Source: a virus (taxonomy: Duplodnaviria > Heunggongvirae > Uroviricota > Caudoviricetes). Taken from it: DNA of 64,000 bases. The stretch is from the IMG/VR virus record IMGVR_UViG_3300047323_000678; one strand, written 5' to 3'. Numbering within the stretch: the stretch's first letter is position 1; each line of letters begins with the position of its first letter. A model generated the notes under the pieces. The model worked only from the letters and a program-made list of their open reading frames with translations. It was not told the origin of the DNA and did no database searches. Made by a program: the position numbers and the translations under genes. Below, piece by piece: positions 6,695 through 17,728 of the stretch.

Positions 6695-8905
6695 TTACAA
6701 TTTTACTTTTTTAGCTTTAGTTGTTACATTTGGCTTATCTAATTCTGTATGAAGATCAGTATAAAATAAATGCTCTTTCAAATGTTCTTCGTATTTACTT
6801 TTTACACCTTGATTTTCAAAGAATTTAGTGACAAAAGATGGAATATCTTGATGAGGAAAAAAGTTTCTATCCATTAGTTTTGCAAATCCTAATGCAAATT
6901 TGGCATTAGTAAATAATTCTTGTGGAATATCTTTAATATCCTCTTTATTTTTAGTTAAGCATAAAAGTGCAATATCACAATTATATGCAACAGAAGAATC
7001 TAATTTACTGTATGGAAGCTTACCTAATTCTAGAAGTTTATAAACTATTGATTTTTCTTTTTTAAGATGACTAGGTAATGATTCATAAAATAGTCCAGAT
7101 AAAAATTTATAATTATTAAATCCATGCTCTTTAACTTTTTCAAAAATTTCAAACACCTCTTGAACAGTAGTTATTTCGCTTAAAGATTTCTTTTTAAACT
7201 CTGTACTTCTAGAACCATAATCATCTTTTTGATAAAACAAAAATTCAGGTTTATGGTATTTTTCCTTAAGTTTATTTAAATCGTCACCTGTAACTCTTAA
7301 TTCATAATAGAAGTCATCAATAGCTCGCTTTTCAATAAGAAAAATAAGTTTTATACGCTCAATTTTTGGATCATGATCTAAGTATAATAAAGGAAGCATT
7401 GCTTTTTCAGATATATAACTTGGGCTTAATCCCCCTTCTAGTGCAGCAACAGTAATATCGTTATCATAAGCATACTTGTTTAATTTATCATATTTTTGTC
7501 CATTAATTGAATCTAAAAATGATTTATTAACTTTAGCCAAATTTTTAACAAATTCTTTATCAATATCTTTGTCTTGATAAAAAGTAGAAATCCAATCAGC
7601 TAATTTCCATGAACTCATATTTTTAGCACATGACAAAAGGAATTGTTTGTCTTTTAAAATTGGAAAATCACCTTTATAACTTAAAGATCTTTTAACTTTT
7701 GCTGTATCAACATGTTCAATCACAGATGAAAGAACGAAAGGTTCATTAAATAAGGCTGACTCTAATCCAAAAATAATATCTTCATTAACACTAACATAAC
7801 CATTATCATGTTTCTTTAATGCTAGTTGAATACATTTTTTAGCAATATCATGATTTAAGCGTTTATCTTTATCCAGAAACCTATAGGCAGAAGCTAAGGT
7901 AAACTGATTTGAAGCATTTCTAAATATATCGTCATTAGTAAAATTCTGATTAAGTAAATAATCAATAGTTTCTGGTTGATTAAAAAGGTATTCAAAATCA
8001 ATTGTGTTTAGTAGCCTTTTGCTTATTTTAGATGCATCCTCATTATCATATTTTCTTTTGTAATCTCCAAAAGAATTAAATAATTGTTCTAATAAATCAA
8101 AATGCCTATTTTTAACTTGCTCCAATAGTTTTTCTTTGAATATAGGTTGAGAATAATCAATAGAATAAATATCTGGATTGTTTTCATTGTAACGCTTAAT
8201 AAAAAATTCATTTAATGAGTGTGAATTTAAATCCATAAGAGCTAATTTAAACTCATCTGAGTGAGCAAATTCAGGATTAATCTTATCTAATAAATTTTTG
8301 AATAATTTATCATAGTTATCATCAGAAGATTTTCTTCTTACATCAAATATTTCAGATACTTTTTCTAATACATAATTTAAATCTCCATACATATCTGAAT
8401 TTAATTGTTGCCAGGTTACTTGTCCTCTAGTTTTTTTAATTTTTTCAGGATTTTCACTTAAGGCAGATGCAGCAGTAGAGTAATGCATATCTTCAGCATC
8501 AATAATATTTAGTTCTTCAGATAAAGGAGATAAGTTATTGCCTTTAATTAGTAATAAATTATCGCCGTTTTCTGGTAATTGAATATAAGATTTTTCATCA
8601 TTATTGTAAACATTCTTAATATATTCAAATAGACCTTTTCCTGATTCAAAAATAGATGGACTACCCAAATCTAAATGAATTAGATTTGATTCATTCCCAG
8701 CATTAATAATATAAAGTGCTAAATTTTTGTGAAGATCTTTCTCAAAATCTCCAGTAATAGCAAATACATGATGTTTTTTTGGATTTTCTATATATTTCTT
8801 TAAATCTTCAAAATTTATTTTTACTTTTTGATTATTATAAATAACATCATCCTTAGTTGGATCAACTAATTTTAAAAGCTCACTTGTTAATATTTCTGTT
8901 TTCAT
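6695..8905 (-). CDS. Large hypothetical protein with DUF4116-like C-terminal helical repeats and the basic tag
   Basis: Paralog of the next gene (shared MKTEI, LHKNLALYIIN, GQVTWQ, IPSFxTKFFENQ); ends AKKVKL. Confidence 0.75.
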   Translation of the reverse strand: MKTEILTSELLKLVDPTKDDVIYNNQKVKINFEDLKKYIENPKKHHVFAITGDFEKDLHKNLALYIINAGNESNLIHLDLGSPSIFESGKGLFEYIKNVYNNDEKSYIQLPENGDNLLLIKGNNLSPLSEELNIIDAEDMHYSTAASALSENPEKIKKTRGQVTWQQLNSDMYGDLNYVLEKVSEIFDVRRKSSDDNYDKLFKNLLDKINPEFAHSDEFKLALMDLNSHSLNEFFIKRYNENNPDIYSIDYSQPIFKEKLLEQVKNRHFDLLEQLFNSFGDYKRKYDNEDASKISKRLLNTIDFEYLFNQPETIDYLLNQNFTNDDIFRNASNQFTLASAYRFLDKDKRLNHDIAKKCIQLALKKHDNGYVSVNEDIIFGLESALFNEPFVLSSVIEHVDTAKVKRSLSYKGDFPILKDKQFLLSCAKNMSSWKLADWISTFYQDKDIDKEFVKNLAKVNKSFLDSINGQKYDKLNKYAYDNDITVAALEGGLSPSYISEKAMLPLLYLDHDPKIERIKLIFLIEKRAIDDFYYELRVTGDDLNKLKEKYHKPEFLFYQKDDYGSRSTEFKKKSLSEITTVQEVFEIFEKVKEHGFNNYKFLSGLFYESLPSHLKKEKSIVYKLLELGKLPYSKLDSSVAYNCDIALLCLTKNKEDIKDIPQELFTNAKFALGFAKLMDRNFFPHQDIPSFVTKFFENQGVKSKYEEHLKEHLFYTDLHTELDKPNVTTKAKKVKL

Positions 8906-8925
8906 ATTTCCTCAATATTTTTTTA

Positions 8926-11175
8926 TTATAATTTTATGCGTTTATTTTTAACTTGAGTAGGGGCATCTAAATCACCTTGCATTTCTTTATAAGATAAATG
9001 CATTTTTAAATAATTTTGATAATCACTAGTAACTTCTTGATTTTCAAAAAATTTAGTAATAAAGCTAGGTATGTCTTTCTCTTCAAATAAATGTTGATCC
9101 ATTAATCCTGCAAATTTAATTGCAAAATTAGAGCTACTAAAGAATTCTTGTGGAATCTTTTTTAAATCTTCAGGTGAACTCGCTAAACATTTAATAACGA
9201 TATCAGTGTTATATGCTAAATTTTCATCTAAAGATGAATAACTAATAGGACCCATCTCTAAAATACGAGTAATAATTTGTTTATCTTTTCTAAGAGGCTT
9301 ATGTAATGAATTATAGAAAAAATTAGCATTAAAGTTATAATCAAAAGAATTGCTATCTATATTATTCAATATTTCTAAAATATTTTCAGCTTTTTTAAAT
9401 TTTGCTAATAGCTTGCTTGCATGATCATATTCAGAATACCAATCATCAACTTTATAAAACATATATTCTACTTTTTCATATTTCTCTTTAACTTTTTCAA
9501 CTTCTTCAGGGCTGTATCCCATATGTTTAAATCTACTTACAATATCTATAATATCCCGGTTTTCAATAAAGTATCTAATTTTTAAATCCTCATATTTTTT
9601 TTCATGATCTTCTAATAGTAAGTCATACATAATGTGAGAGCTAATATTTTTTAAAATTGTTCCCCCTTTTATTGCAATTGAAATTATTTCCATATTTTTT
9701 GCAAATTCTGGCCAATTTTCACTTAAAGAATTATAAAACCCTGGTTTATTAGCTATAAGCTCTTTAAAAAAATCTTTAGTTAACATACTTTTATCTAAAA
9801 AATTTTTAATCCAAGATTTTAATTTATAACCATTTACACCATGATTAGATAATATAAATTCTTTATCAGCTAAAACTGTCGGTTTTATTTGATTTTGTTT
9901 CAAAAATTTTTTCAATTCTTCAAAATCCACAGCATCTATAATATTACTTAAGAATTCTTTTTCATTAAATAATTCAGGTGGTAATTTAAATAATTTAGTT
10001 CTATTAATACTTCTTGAATCTCTTCCATTTGAATCTGTAATCAATCGTAAATATTTTTTAATTATTTCAGAGTTATTTTTATTTGTTTCATTAAGTAAAC
10101 CATAAACTGAAACAACATCAAAATCAGTATCTTTACGAGAATAACTAGAATTATATTTATCAATCAAATGCTTGACTGTTTCAGGTTGATTAATAAGTAA
10201 TTCAAAATTTATATTAGAAGTTGGTTTTGCAGAATTACCACGATATGATGTCGTTTGTTCATACATGCTAAGTTCAGATAAATAAGGTGCAATTAATTTT
10301 TCTAATAAAGTAAAATTATCAGTTTTTATTAACTGCATTAATTTATCTTGAAATATGTCCTCAGAAAAATCAATATAAAATAATCTTTGAGTTTTTTCTT
10401 TAGCATAAAATCTATTAACCAAATCGCTATTAATAGATTTTTTATTCATATCAATAAGTGCCAATTTGAAACTATCAGAATTAAGGACTTTAGCATCAGC
10501 CATTGCAATAATTTTATTAAAATCATCCTTAAATGAATCAACTGAGTTAGTTGAATATCTAGATTGTCTTGAATACTCTGCATCTGAACCTGCAATATTT
10601 TTAATTTTTTCTAATACATAATCCAAGTTAGCATAGTTGTTGTAATTATCTTCTTGCCATGTAACTTGACCTTGATTAGTCAATTTATCATTTTTTAAAG
10701 TATTAAGATCAATTTTGGTCATATCTGAAAACAAAGAGCCGATACTTGCATAATGAGTATCAATAGCACTATTAATTGCACCAGAATTTGAAAGAGGTTC
10801 TAGTTTTTTACTTTTAATTAAAAGAAGATTATCTCCTACTTCATCAAGATTAATGTAGCAGGTTTTATTTTTGTTATATATGCATTTAATATATTCAAAT
10901 AATCCTTTTCCTGGTTCAAATATATATTCATTATTTAAATCAATGTGAATAATATGCGAATCATCAGTAGAATTAATAATATAAAGAGCTAAATTTTTAT
11001 GTAGATCATTTGTTAAATCACCATTGAGATTAAAAACCTCATTTTTCTTTGGCTGATCAACAAATTCTTTTAATTTTTTAAAATCAATTTGTACTTGCTG
11101 ATTTTTATAACTTATTTCTTCTTTTATAGGATTGACAATCTTTAAGAGGTCACTTATAGAAATTTCTGTTTTCAT
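8926..11175 (-). CDS. Large hypothetical protein, paralog of 6695..8905, with the basic tag
   Basis: Same conserved blocks; ends NKRIKL. Confidence 0.75.
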   Translation of the reverse strand: MKTEISISDLLKIVNPIKEEISYKNQQVQIDFKKLKEFVDQPKKNEVFNLNGDLTNDLHKNLALYIINSTDDSHIIHIDLNNEYIFEPGKGLFEYIKCIYNKNKTCYINLDEVGDNLLLIKSKKLEPLSNSGAINSAIDTHYASIGSLFSDMTKIDLNTLKNDKLTNQGQVTWQEDNYNNYANLDYVLEKIKNIAGSDAEYSRQSRYSTNSVDSFKDDFNKIIAMADAKVLNSDSFKLALIDMNKKSINSDLVNRFYAKEKTQRLFYIDFSEDIFQDKLMQLIKTDNFTLLEKLIAPYLSELSMYEQTTSYRGNSAKPTSNINFELLINQPETVKHLIDKYNSSYSRKDTDFDVVSVYGLLNETNKNNSEIIKKYLRLITDSNGRDSRSINRTKLFKLPPELFNEKEFLSNIIDAVDFEELKKFLKQNQIKPTVLADKEFILSNHGVNGYKLKSWIKNFLDKSMLTKDFFKELIANKPGFYNSLSENWPEFAKNMEIISIAIKGGTILKNISSHIMYDLLLEDHEKKYEDLKIRYFIENRDIIDIVSRFKHMGYSPEEVEKVKEKYEKVEYMFYKVDDWYSEYDHASKLLAKFKKAENILEILNNIDSNSFDYNFNANFFYNSLHKPLRKDKQIITRILEMGPISYSSLDENLAYNTDIVIKCLASSPEDLKKIPQEFFSSSNFAIKFAGLMDQHLFEEKDIPSFITKFFENQEVTSDYQNYLKMHLSYKEMQGDLDAPTQVKNKRIKL

Positions 11176-11213
11176 AATTAGTCATATTGTAATATAACTT
11201 TAATTATAGGAAA

Positions 11214-12818
11214 TTAATTTATACTTTTCCAATAATTAATGAAATCTTTTTCTAAAAGTGGTTTACTAAAGTAATAACCTTGGACTTGAATCTTACCCTT
11301 TTCTTGGAACCAATCTAATTGTTTTTTATTTTCAACACCTTCAACAACAACATTTAATCCAAGATTTTGTGCTAAATTAATAATATTAGAAATAACAATA
11401 CGATCTTTATTGTCACTAAGAACATCTTTGGTAAATGATCTATCAATTTTTAATTCATTTAAATCAAATTTTCGTAAATAACTAAGTGAACTATATCCAG
11501 TTCCAAAATCATCAATAGAAATTTCAAAGCCACAATTAGATAACTCTTTTAAAATACTATGTGAGCCATCAATGTCTGTCATCATAGTGCTTTCTGTTAT
11601 TTCAATAATAATTTGTTTTGGTGAAACATTATAGCTTCTTAAAATTTTTAAAAAATCACGAGCTAAATTAATATTACTTAATTGATGAACAGATAAATTG
11701 ACTGCCATTTTTATTGATTCAGGGCTACTTTTATTCCAACCTGATAATGTTTTAATTGCTTCTTCAAATACCCAATGACCTATTTTACGCATTATTCCAA
11801 TATCTTCAGCTAAAGGAATAAAATCATTAGGAGAAATTTCTCCGATTTTTTCATTATGCCATCTTAATAATGCCTCTGCACCAATAAGTTTGAAATTGTT
11901 ACCAATATGCTCAATTTTAGGTTGGAACATTAAATAAAATTCATTGTTATCTAAAGCATTAAGAAGTAAGCTTTCCATTAACTTTTTATACTTAATTTTT
12001 ATACCCATTTCTTCAGAATAAAAAGCATAATTGTTTTTACCATTTATTTTTGAATCATAAACTGCCAAATCACTATTTTTAAAAATTGCTTCAGCAGTTT
12101 CCCCATTAGAAGGATATTCTGCAATACCAATATTTAATGCAATAGTATAAGTTTCTTTATTAATTAAAAAAGGTTCATTAATAATATTAATTATCTTCTG
12201 AGCAATAAACTCTATTTTTTCTTTACTATATTCATAATTTTCATTTGTGACAAAAACAGCAAATTCGTCACCACCAATTCTATAGATTAAATTAGTTTCT
12301 CCGTTAAGAACATCTGAAAGTCGAGAAGTAAAAGTCTTTAATACAAAATCACCAGCACTATATCCAACAACTTCATTAATTCTTTTAAAACCACCCAGGT
12401 CTAAATTAAGTAAATATCCTTTTTGATTTGGATTTTGTTCAATATAGTTATTTAAATCTTCCCAAAATGCTTTCTTATTTAAAATATTTGTAAGAGGATC
12501 AATGTATACAAGATTATTGAATTCTTCATTAATATGGGTGAATGTATTATTAGTTAAATGTTTTGTATACCATCTATGAATTAATAAAAGGGATATAATA
12601 AAAATACCTGAAAATATAAGCTCAAATAAATGAAATTCAGAATTAACAAAGCTAGTTGTAAAATTTGAAGTTTTCGCTTTTAAGATAAAAGACTTATTAA
12701 CTTTATATAGTAAAAAAGATGCAACAGAAAATGCTGAAAAAGGCAATATGACTTTAAATACGATTTTTAAAGAAAGTAGTTTTTTAAACTTATTTATTAT
12801 ATTGACTTTAAATAACAT
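11214..12818 (-). CDS. Membrane GGDEF-EAL diguanylate cyclase/phosphodiesterase
   Basis: Two TM segments; DPLTNILN, RIGGDEF, EALLRW, EITES, DDFGTGYSSLSYL. Confidence 0.95.
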   Translation of the reverse strand: MLFKVNIINKFKKLLSLKIVFKVILPFSAFSVASFLLYKVNKSFILKAKTSNFTTSFVNSEFHLFELIFSGIFIISLLLIHRWYTKHLTNNTFTHINEEFNNLVYIDPLTNILNKKAFWEDLNNYIEQNPNQKGYLLNLDLGGFKRINEVVGYSAGDFVLKTFTSRLSDVLNGETNLIYRIGGDEFAVFVTNENYEYSKEKIEFIAQKIINIINEPFLINKETYTIALNIGIAEYPSNGETAEAIFKNSDLAVYDSKINGKNNYAFYSEEMGIKIKYKKLMESLLLNALDNNEFYLMFQPKIEHIGNNFKLIGAEALLRWHNEKIGEISPNDFIPLAEDIGIMRKIGHWVFEEAIKTLSGWNKSSPESIKMAVNLSVHQLSNINLARDFLKILRSYNVSPKQIIIEITESTMMTDIDGSHSILKELSNCGFEISIDDFGTGYSSLSYLRKFDLNELKIDRSFTKDVLSDNKDRIVISNIINLAQNLGLNVVVEGVENKKQLDWFQEKGKIQVQGYYFSKPLLEKDFINYWKSIN

Positions 12819-12925
12819 CGGAATCTCATACTTTGTTAGTAAAAAAATACTATAACAAAATTATTAAAAAAAAAAAGGAAAAATCGAAAAAAAATTAAAA
12901 AAAATGTAATTTTACAAAAATTATT

Positions 12926-13264
12926 CTATTTTAGTGAAGAATTAGCTAAAAAAGCTGCTTTTAATTTTTTCAGTTGTCGTTCTTCACATCTAGCTTCAGA
13001 ATATAAAAGATGAGATGCAATTAAATTACCTACAGAAGCAATAAGGAAAACAAAGAAAATTGAAGGATGATTTATAGCAGATTGATTTAAGAAAAATCCT
13101 AAAATTTGTCCTTGATTAAGTTTTATCTCTAATGCAAGGAAAAAAAGAAAAATCCCTAAAGAAGCTAATAAAACAGATTGAATTTTTATATCTTTAATAT
13201 ACTGGTCATCATTTTCATATTCAGATAATGATGATATATCTTCTAAAATATTATTATCTTCCAT
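12926..13264 (-). CDS. Small membrane protein
   Basis: 112 aa, two hydrophobic segments. Confidence 0.55.
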   Translation of the reverse strand: MEDNNILEDISSLSEYENDDQYIKDIKIQSVLLASLGIFLFFLALEIKLNQGQILGFFLNQSAINHPSIFFVFLIASVGNLIASHLLYSEARCEERQLKKLKAAFLANSSLK

Positions 13265-13430
13265 AGTTTAATATTAAAAAATTGTTTATTAGTAAATAAT
13301 AATAAAATTCTAACAAACTAAATCTAAATTTCAAGTATGAAAAACAATGATTTAAAAAGAAAAAACAATATTTGACAACAAGAAAAGAGTCTATTATTAA
13401 TATCTACTAATTTTTTATCAAGGATATTAT

Positions 13431-13844
13431 ATGAAAAAGGTTTTAGCTTTATTAGTATTGGCTTCTTCCTCTGCGTTTGCACAGATAGCCGTTCCTATTA
13501 ATTCTGCTGGTGGTGGTCAGGTTGATGTATTAAGTAATGGAGTAAGAGTTATTCACTCTATACCAGGGGTGGGAGCTTCTCCACAATTGAACTCGACAGT
13601 TCAAGTTTTATATGAGGGAAAATTTGTAGATGGAAGGGTGTTTGATAAATCTGCTCAGCCAATAGAATTTCCTCTGAATCGCGTAATTCCTTGCTGGACT
13701 ACAGGTTTACAAAAAATGAAAGTAGGAGAAACTGCTAAATTAGAATGTCCTGCTGCTACTGCTTACGGTGCAAATGGTGCAGGAAACACAATTCCTCCTA
13801 ATACACCATTAAATTTTACTGTTAAACTATTAAGTATAAAATAA
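13431..13844 (+). CDS. Secreted FKBP-type peptidyl-prolyl isomerase
   Basis: Signal peptide; YEGKFVDGRVFD, FPLNRVIPCWTTGLQKMKVG, AYG...IPPNTPLNFTVKL. Confidence 0.95.
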   Translation: MKKVLALLVLASSSAFAQIAVPINSAGGGQVDVLSNGVRVIHSIPGVGASPQLNSTVQVLYEGKFVDGRVFDKSAQPIEFPLNRVIPCWTTGLQKMKVGETAKLECPAATAYGANGAGNTIPPNTPLNFTVKLLSIK

Positions 13845-13867
13845 AAAAAGCCCTGAAGGGGCTTTTC

Positions 13868-14749
13868 TTATTCAAAATAAACAATAGGATGAACTATAGA
13901 TTTTTTTATTGCATTTTTAAATTTTTCAATACATAAAAATATTTCTTGTTCCCTATACTCATAATCAGAGTTACCAATCATTCTAAATTCAAAATATCTT
14001 TTATTACTAGGACTTTTTTTCTCCGCTACAGCAATGTTCTTTTTTACATTACATAAAGAAGAAAGAAATGCTGTTTTAATCATTTCATAAGAATTTTTTT
14101 TATTATCAAAGAAAATTTTTGCTCTTTTCTTCTGTCCATCTAACTTAAAATTAGAAAACTCATATGTAGTGACAAACATTGAATCTTTATGTATATGACC
14201 TAACCATTCATGAAATGTTTTTGGAACTGTTCTGCGCTTATTAATAGTAAGAGGAAATCTTCTATGATAAGTAGATTGGCAATAAACATTATTTATGCGA
14301 TTGAATTGAGAAAGAATTTCATCTTGAGGTGTGTGATGAAGGATAGAAAAATAATCTAAGTTTTTATTAGTTTTTCTATCAACACAACTAATATTAACAT
14401 GGAATGCACAAGTGTCATTAGTCATGACATTGGTCGTTTTCTGCATCCAAGTTAAAATATTTCTTAAAAGATTGATGGAATCTATTTCTTTTAAAGGCTT
14501 AGTAATAATCTCTACACCAAAATGCCCATTTCTAAAATTTTTATTAAATGTAATAGATGGGTCATCAGTAATATATTCAATAAACTTATATTGAACACCT
14601 AAAAATTTTTTAAGACTAGCTTTAACATCCATAAAAATGAACTGTTCAAAGTATTTTATTTTATTGATGTTTTTAGATTTTTTAGGTTTATCTATCTGTT
14701 CAATAGGCTCCCATCCAAATTCAAACTCATAACCAATTAAAAAATCCAT
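13868..14749 (-). CDS. Putative amidoligase (COOH-NH2 ligase, Amidoligase_2-like)
   Basis: GYEFEF, GVEIITKPL, TCAFHVNIS, FEFRMIG motifs. Confidence 0.75.
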   Translation of the reverse strand: MDFLIGYEFEFGWEPIEQIDKPKKSKNINKIKYFEQFIFMDVKASLKKFLGVQYKFIEYITDDPSITFNKNFRNGHFGVEIITKPLKEIDSINLLRNILTWMQKTTNVMTNDTCAFHVNISCVDRKTNKNLDYFSILHHTPQDEILSQFNRINNVYCQSTYHRRFPLTINKRRTVPKTFHEWLGHIHKDSMFVTTYEFSNFKLDGQKKRAKIFFDNKKNSYEMIKTAFLSSLCNVKKNIAVAEKKSPSNKRYFEFRMIGNSDYEYREQEIFLCIEKFKNAIKKSIVHPIVYFE

Positions 14750-14881
14750 ATTAATTCCGAAAGTGTATCGGAATTATATACTATTTTATTAATAAAAATA
14801 AAGTTTATTTTTAGAAATAATTAGAGTGTCTAAATATTGTCCATAAAAGAAAGCCCCTAGAAAGGGGCTATTGTAAATCAC

Positions 14882-15202
14882 TTAAACTGCAAAATCGTCT
14901 TTATTGCCACCTTTAGACAGAATGGTTTGCATCCATTTTGGGGTCTTCCCACGCCCGGTCCAAGTAGCACCAGTCTCAGGGTCTTTAAACTTCACATCGG
15001 GCTTTTTACGGCTATGGACAACCTTTTGTGGCTGATAATCCGAAAGAGCTTCTTCATCAAAAAGGTCTTGAGGGGAAATACCATATTGTTGAATCTTAGC
15101 TTTCATTTCATCAATGACCTCCCCGATGCGAAGCATATCAGCTTGCTTACGGAGCTTTTCAATCTGAGTCATCAGAGTTTCGTAGCTAATATTATTTCCC
15201 AT
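14882..15202 (-). CDS. hns: H-NS family nucleoid protein
   Basis: N-terminal coiled coil; KFKDPETGATWTGRGKTPKW DNA-binding motif. Confidence 0.93.
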   Translation of the reverse strand: MGNNISYETLMTQIEKLRKQADMLRIGEVIDEMKAKIQQYGISPQDLFDEEALSDYQPQKVVHSRKKPDVKFKDPETGATWTGRGKTPKWMQTILSKGGNKDDFAV

Positions 15203-15663
15203 AATAATCTCCAGTCTTGGTTTAATTAAAAACAAATAAATTTAAAATAATCGGAACTTAAAAATTTTTTACTGTAGAGCTTGGACTCAGCACAATTTAA
15301 TTAGTTCCACTTAATGCGATAATTATTTTAACTAAAAAGCTACTCAATGTTGCGCGAGGTATGTGGCCATTATAAGTAAAAATATCTACATCGCCCCCCC
15401 TAGTAGGACTATACCTACTATGAATATGTAGTCTCTAGACGACATTGTGTAGGACTGAAAATTTATCAAAATCATCAAAAAAAGTACATTAAATTTTAAA
15501 TTATTTGTATGTTTTAAGGATATTTTATGTAAGTCGTTGATTAGAAAGGATTTTTCTCAAATAAAAAAATTGGATTTTAGCATTAAAATGCTTTTCCTAT
15601 TGGAAATTTTGAGTTATAATGAGTCCATTAGGAAATAAAATTCAATAGAGAAATAATTTAAAT

Positions 15664-16473
15664 ATGCAGATTCAGTTTAATCCTACAAAAGCAAGCGAAC
15701 TTTCGGAAATGCTTCTGATACACTCCTTTGATGTGTATCGTGGCTTTACTTCGAAATATCGTGGTTTTGAGGTTCCGAATCTGACAGAAGAAGTTAAAAT
15801 GAAGATTCTACATAAGCTGAGTCCTTCAAATTATCTTAAAATCCCTCCGTTTGAACAGTTTTGGAATTGGTTTAAAAAAAATCACGGAATGACTTTGGTT
15901 GCACAAATGTGCGAATTTCTCTTCCCAGAAGATGAAGAAGAATGCCAAAAAATGATTAATCGTGTTCGTAGCAATAAAGACCACTCATTTTGGAAGCATA
16001 TCAAAGCACGCATTTATAAAAAATGGTGTTCCATTGTCACCGAAGCTCAGTGTGTATATGCTACTGTGCAGGGTGTAGAGTCAACCAAAAAAGACTGGAA
16101 AGTATTTGCAAGTGCTGAATTGGATGCAATCGGTATCGACTTTGTGGTTGTGAATGATAAAGAAGTAGTTCCTATCCAAGTGAAAAAGGATAGTTTCTCT
16201 GCTTATTCAAAAAATAAAAAGAATACCGATGAAAATCTAAGCCGTTATAGCCTTACTAAAAAAGCGACTAAAATTCTTGAAAAAGAAATGGCTAAAAATA
16301 AGGTTGAAAAACCTATTGGTCAAGGTTTGCTACTAAAATACGGCTTGATGAATAGTGGCTCTTTGCCTTATGAATACTTGGCTCAATACAACAATGGCTT
16401 TGTGTATTTTAAAGGTGAGAAACTGGTCAATACTCTATTTGGTTGTTTTAATGAAGTAGTAGAAACAGAGTAA
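15664..16473 (+). CDS. PD-(D/E)XK nuclease, TaqI-family-like
   Basis: PPFEQFW, ARIYKKWCSIVTE, ELDAIGIDFVV...IQVKK. Confidence 0.55.
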   Translation: MQIQFNPTKASELSEMLLIHSFDVYRGFTSKYRGFEVPNLTEEVKMKILHKLSPSNYLKIPPFEQFWNWFKKNHGMTLVAQMCEFLFPEDEEECQKMINRVRSNKDHSFWKHIKARIYKKWCSIVTEAQCVYATVQGVESTKKDWKVFASAELDAIGIDFVVVNDKEVVPIQVKKDSFSAYSKNKKNTDENLSRYSLTKKATKILEKEMAKNKVEKPIGQGLLLKYGLMNSGSLPYEYLAQYNNGFVYFKGEKLVNTLFGCFNEVVETE

Positions 16474-16864
16474 TTTTTTAGATAAATTTAGGGAGTTATA
16501 GTGGAAAGCTTTATAAGCTAAAACCATTATAACTCTCTTTTCTTTTATCTAATAATAAATTTTAAGCTATCATAACAATAGTTTCTTGGAATCAACTCCA
16601 TAAAATATTTTAATATACAAATTAGATAGATATAGTCTATCAGTTTTAGCTTATATAGATATAAGATAATCTTAATCGTGCATACAAAATCAATAGTGTT
16701 TACTCATGGAAATTTATAACTAAATAAGAAAATTTTAATTGCTTTTATGGTAATTTGATAAAGCTATTTGAAATATTTAAATTAAATAAATAGTTAAGCC
16801 TATAATCCGTTGACAAAAAATTGTTTTTAAGTAATCTCGTCTTATTATTTTTATTGTTTACAAG

Positions 16865-17641
16865 ATGAGAAAAAAAGTACTGATTTCCTTAGTTTTTAGT
16901 GTTTCTTTGAATATTCCTATTGTTGCATTTGCTCAGCAACCAGGAAGACTAACAGCAAATATTCCTGCCATTCGTGGTTTAGTATTAGAAGAAGTGCAAT
17001 TTGACTGTGCGGAATTCAAACCAAATTTAATTACAAAATTTCTTTGGAAAGAAGGTCCAACTCGTGGATTGCTGTATAAAAAGTGTTTAGAGCAAACTCA
17101 AGATGATGAAAAATTTGAGAAATATAATGAGTCAATGATTAATGATTCTAATATTGGAGACTTATCAAATGATATTAAAAATGCTCAAACAAAATTAACC
17201 ATATTAACTTTAACTACTGCACTTAAAAATTATTTAATGGACCCAGAAACTAATGAGGATAAAATGGTTTTAATTAAAAACGCAGTAGAAAATTTTAAAC
17301 AACATTATGTTGAGAAAAAGTCTTTAATTGATAATGAAATAAAATCCATGAAAAATAAAGAAAACAGGCGTGGTTTAGAACTTGTTTCAATTATTGAAGA
17401 AAATGAAACTGAGCTAGGTGAAAATATTGATTCTACAATTAAATATATGGAGTTTGTTTTAAAAGATAGACATGCATATGTTGCAGCACATAATAAATTT
17501 TTACCTAAGATTTATGTTGACCCTAAACATTTCTTAGATGCAAATCTTTCTAAGTATGAATGTGAATTTCTTAGCATAAATATTGGAGAAAATTGGAATC
17601 GTATGAAAAAGGGCTTGCAAATTACTTGTGGTAAAAAATAG
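16865..17641 (+). CDS. Secreted hypothetical protein
   Basis: Signal peptide ending AFA; four Cys. Confidence 0.7.
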   Translation: MRKKVLISLVFSVSLNIPIVAFAQQPGRLTANIPAIRGLVLEEVQFDCAEFKPNLITKFLWKEGPTRGLLYKKCLEQTQDDEKFEKYNESMINDSNIGDLSNDIKNAQTKLTILTLTTALKNYLMDPETNEDKMVLIKNAVENFKQHYVEKKSLIDNEIKSMKNKENRRGLELVSIIEENETELGENIDSTIKYMEFVLKDRHAYVAAHNKFLPKIYVDPKHFLDANLSKYECEFLSINIGENWNRMKKGLQITCGKK

Positions 17642-17728
17642 ATATTATTTAACAAGATTGATTATTAAATTATAAATAGCTATACTATTGCATTGCACCA
17701 TACTTTATAGATAGGACCTAGTTTTTTT

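Noticed and set aside
16490-16540. Long hairpin after the nuclease gene as an ncRNA
   Set aside because: Its position and following T-rich tract fit an intrinsic terminator
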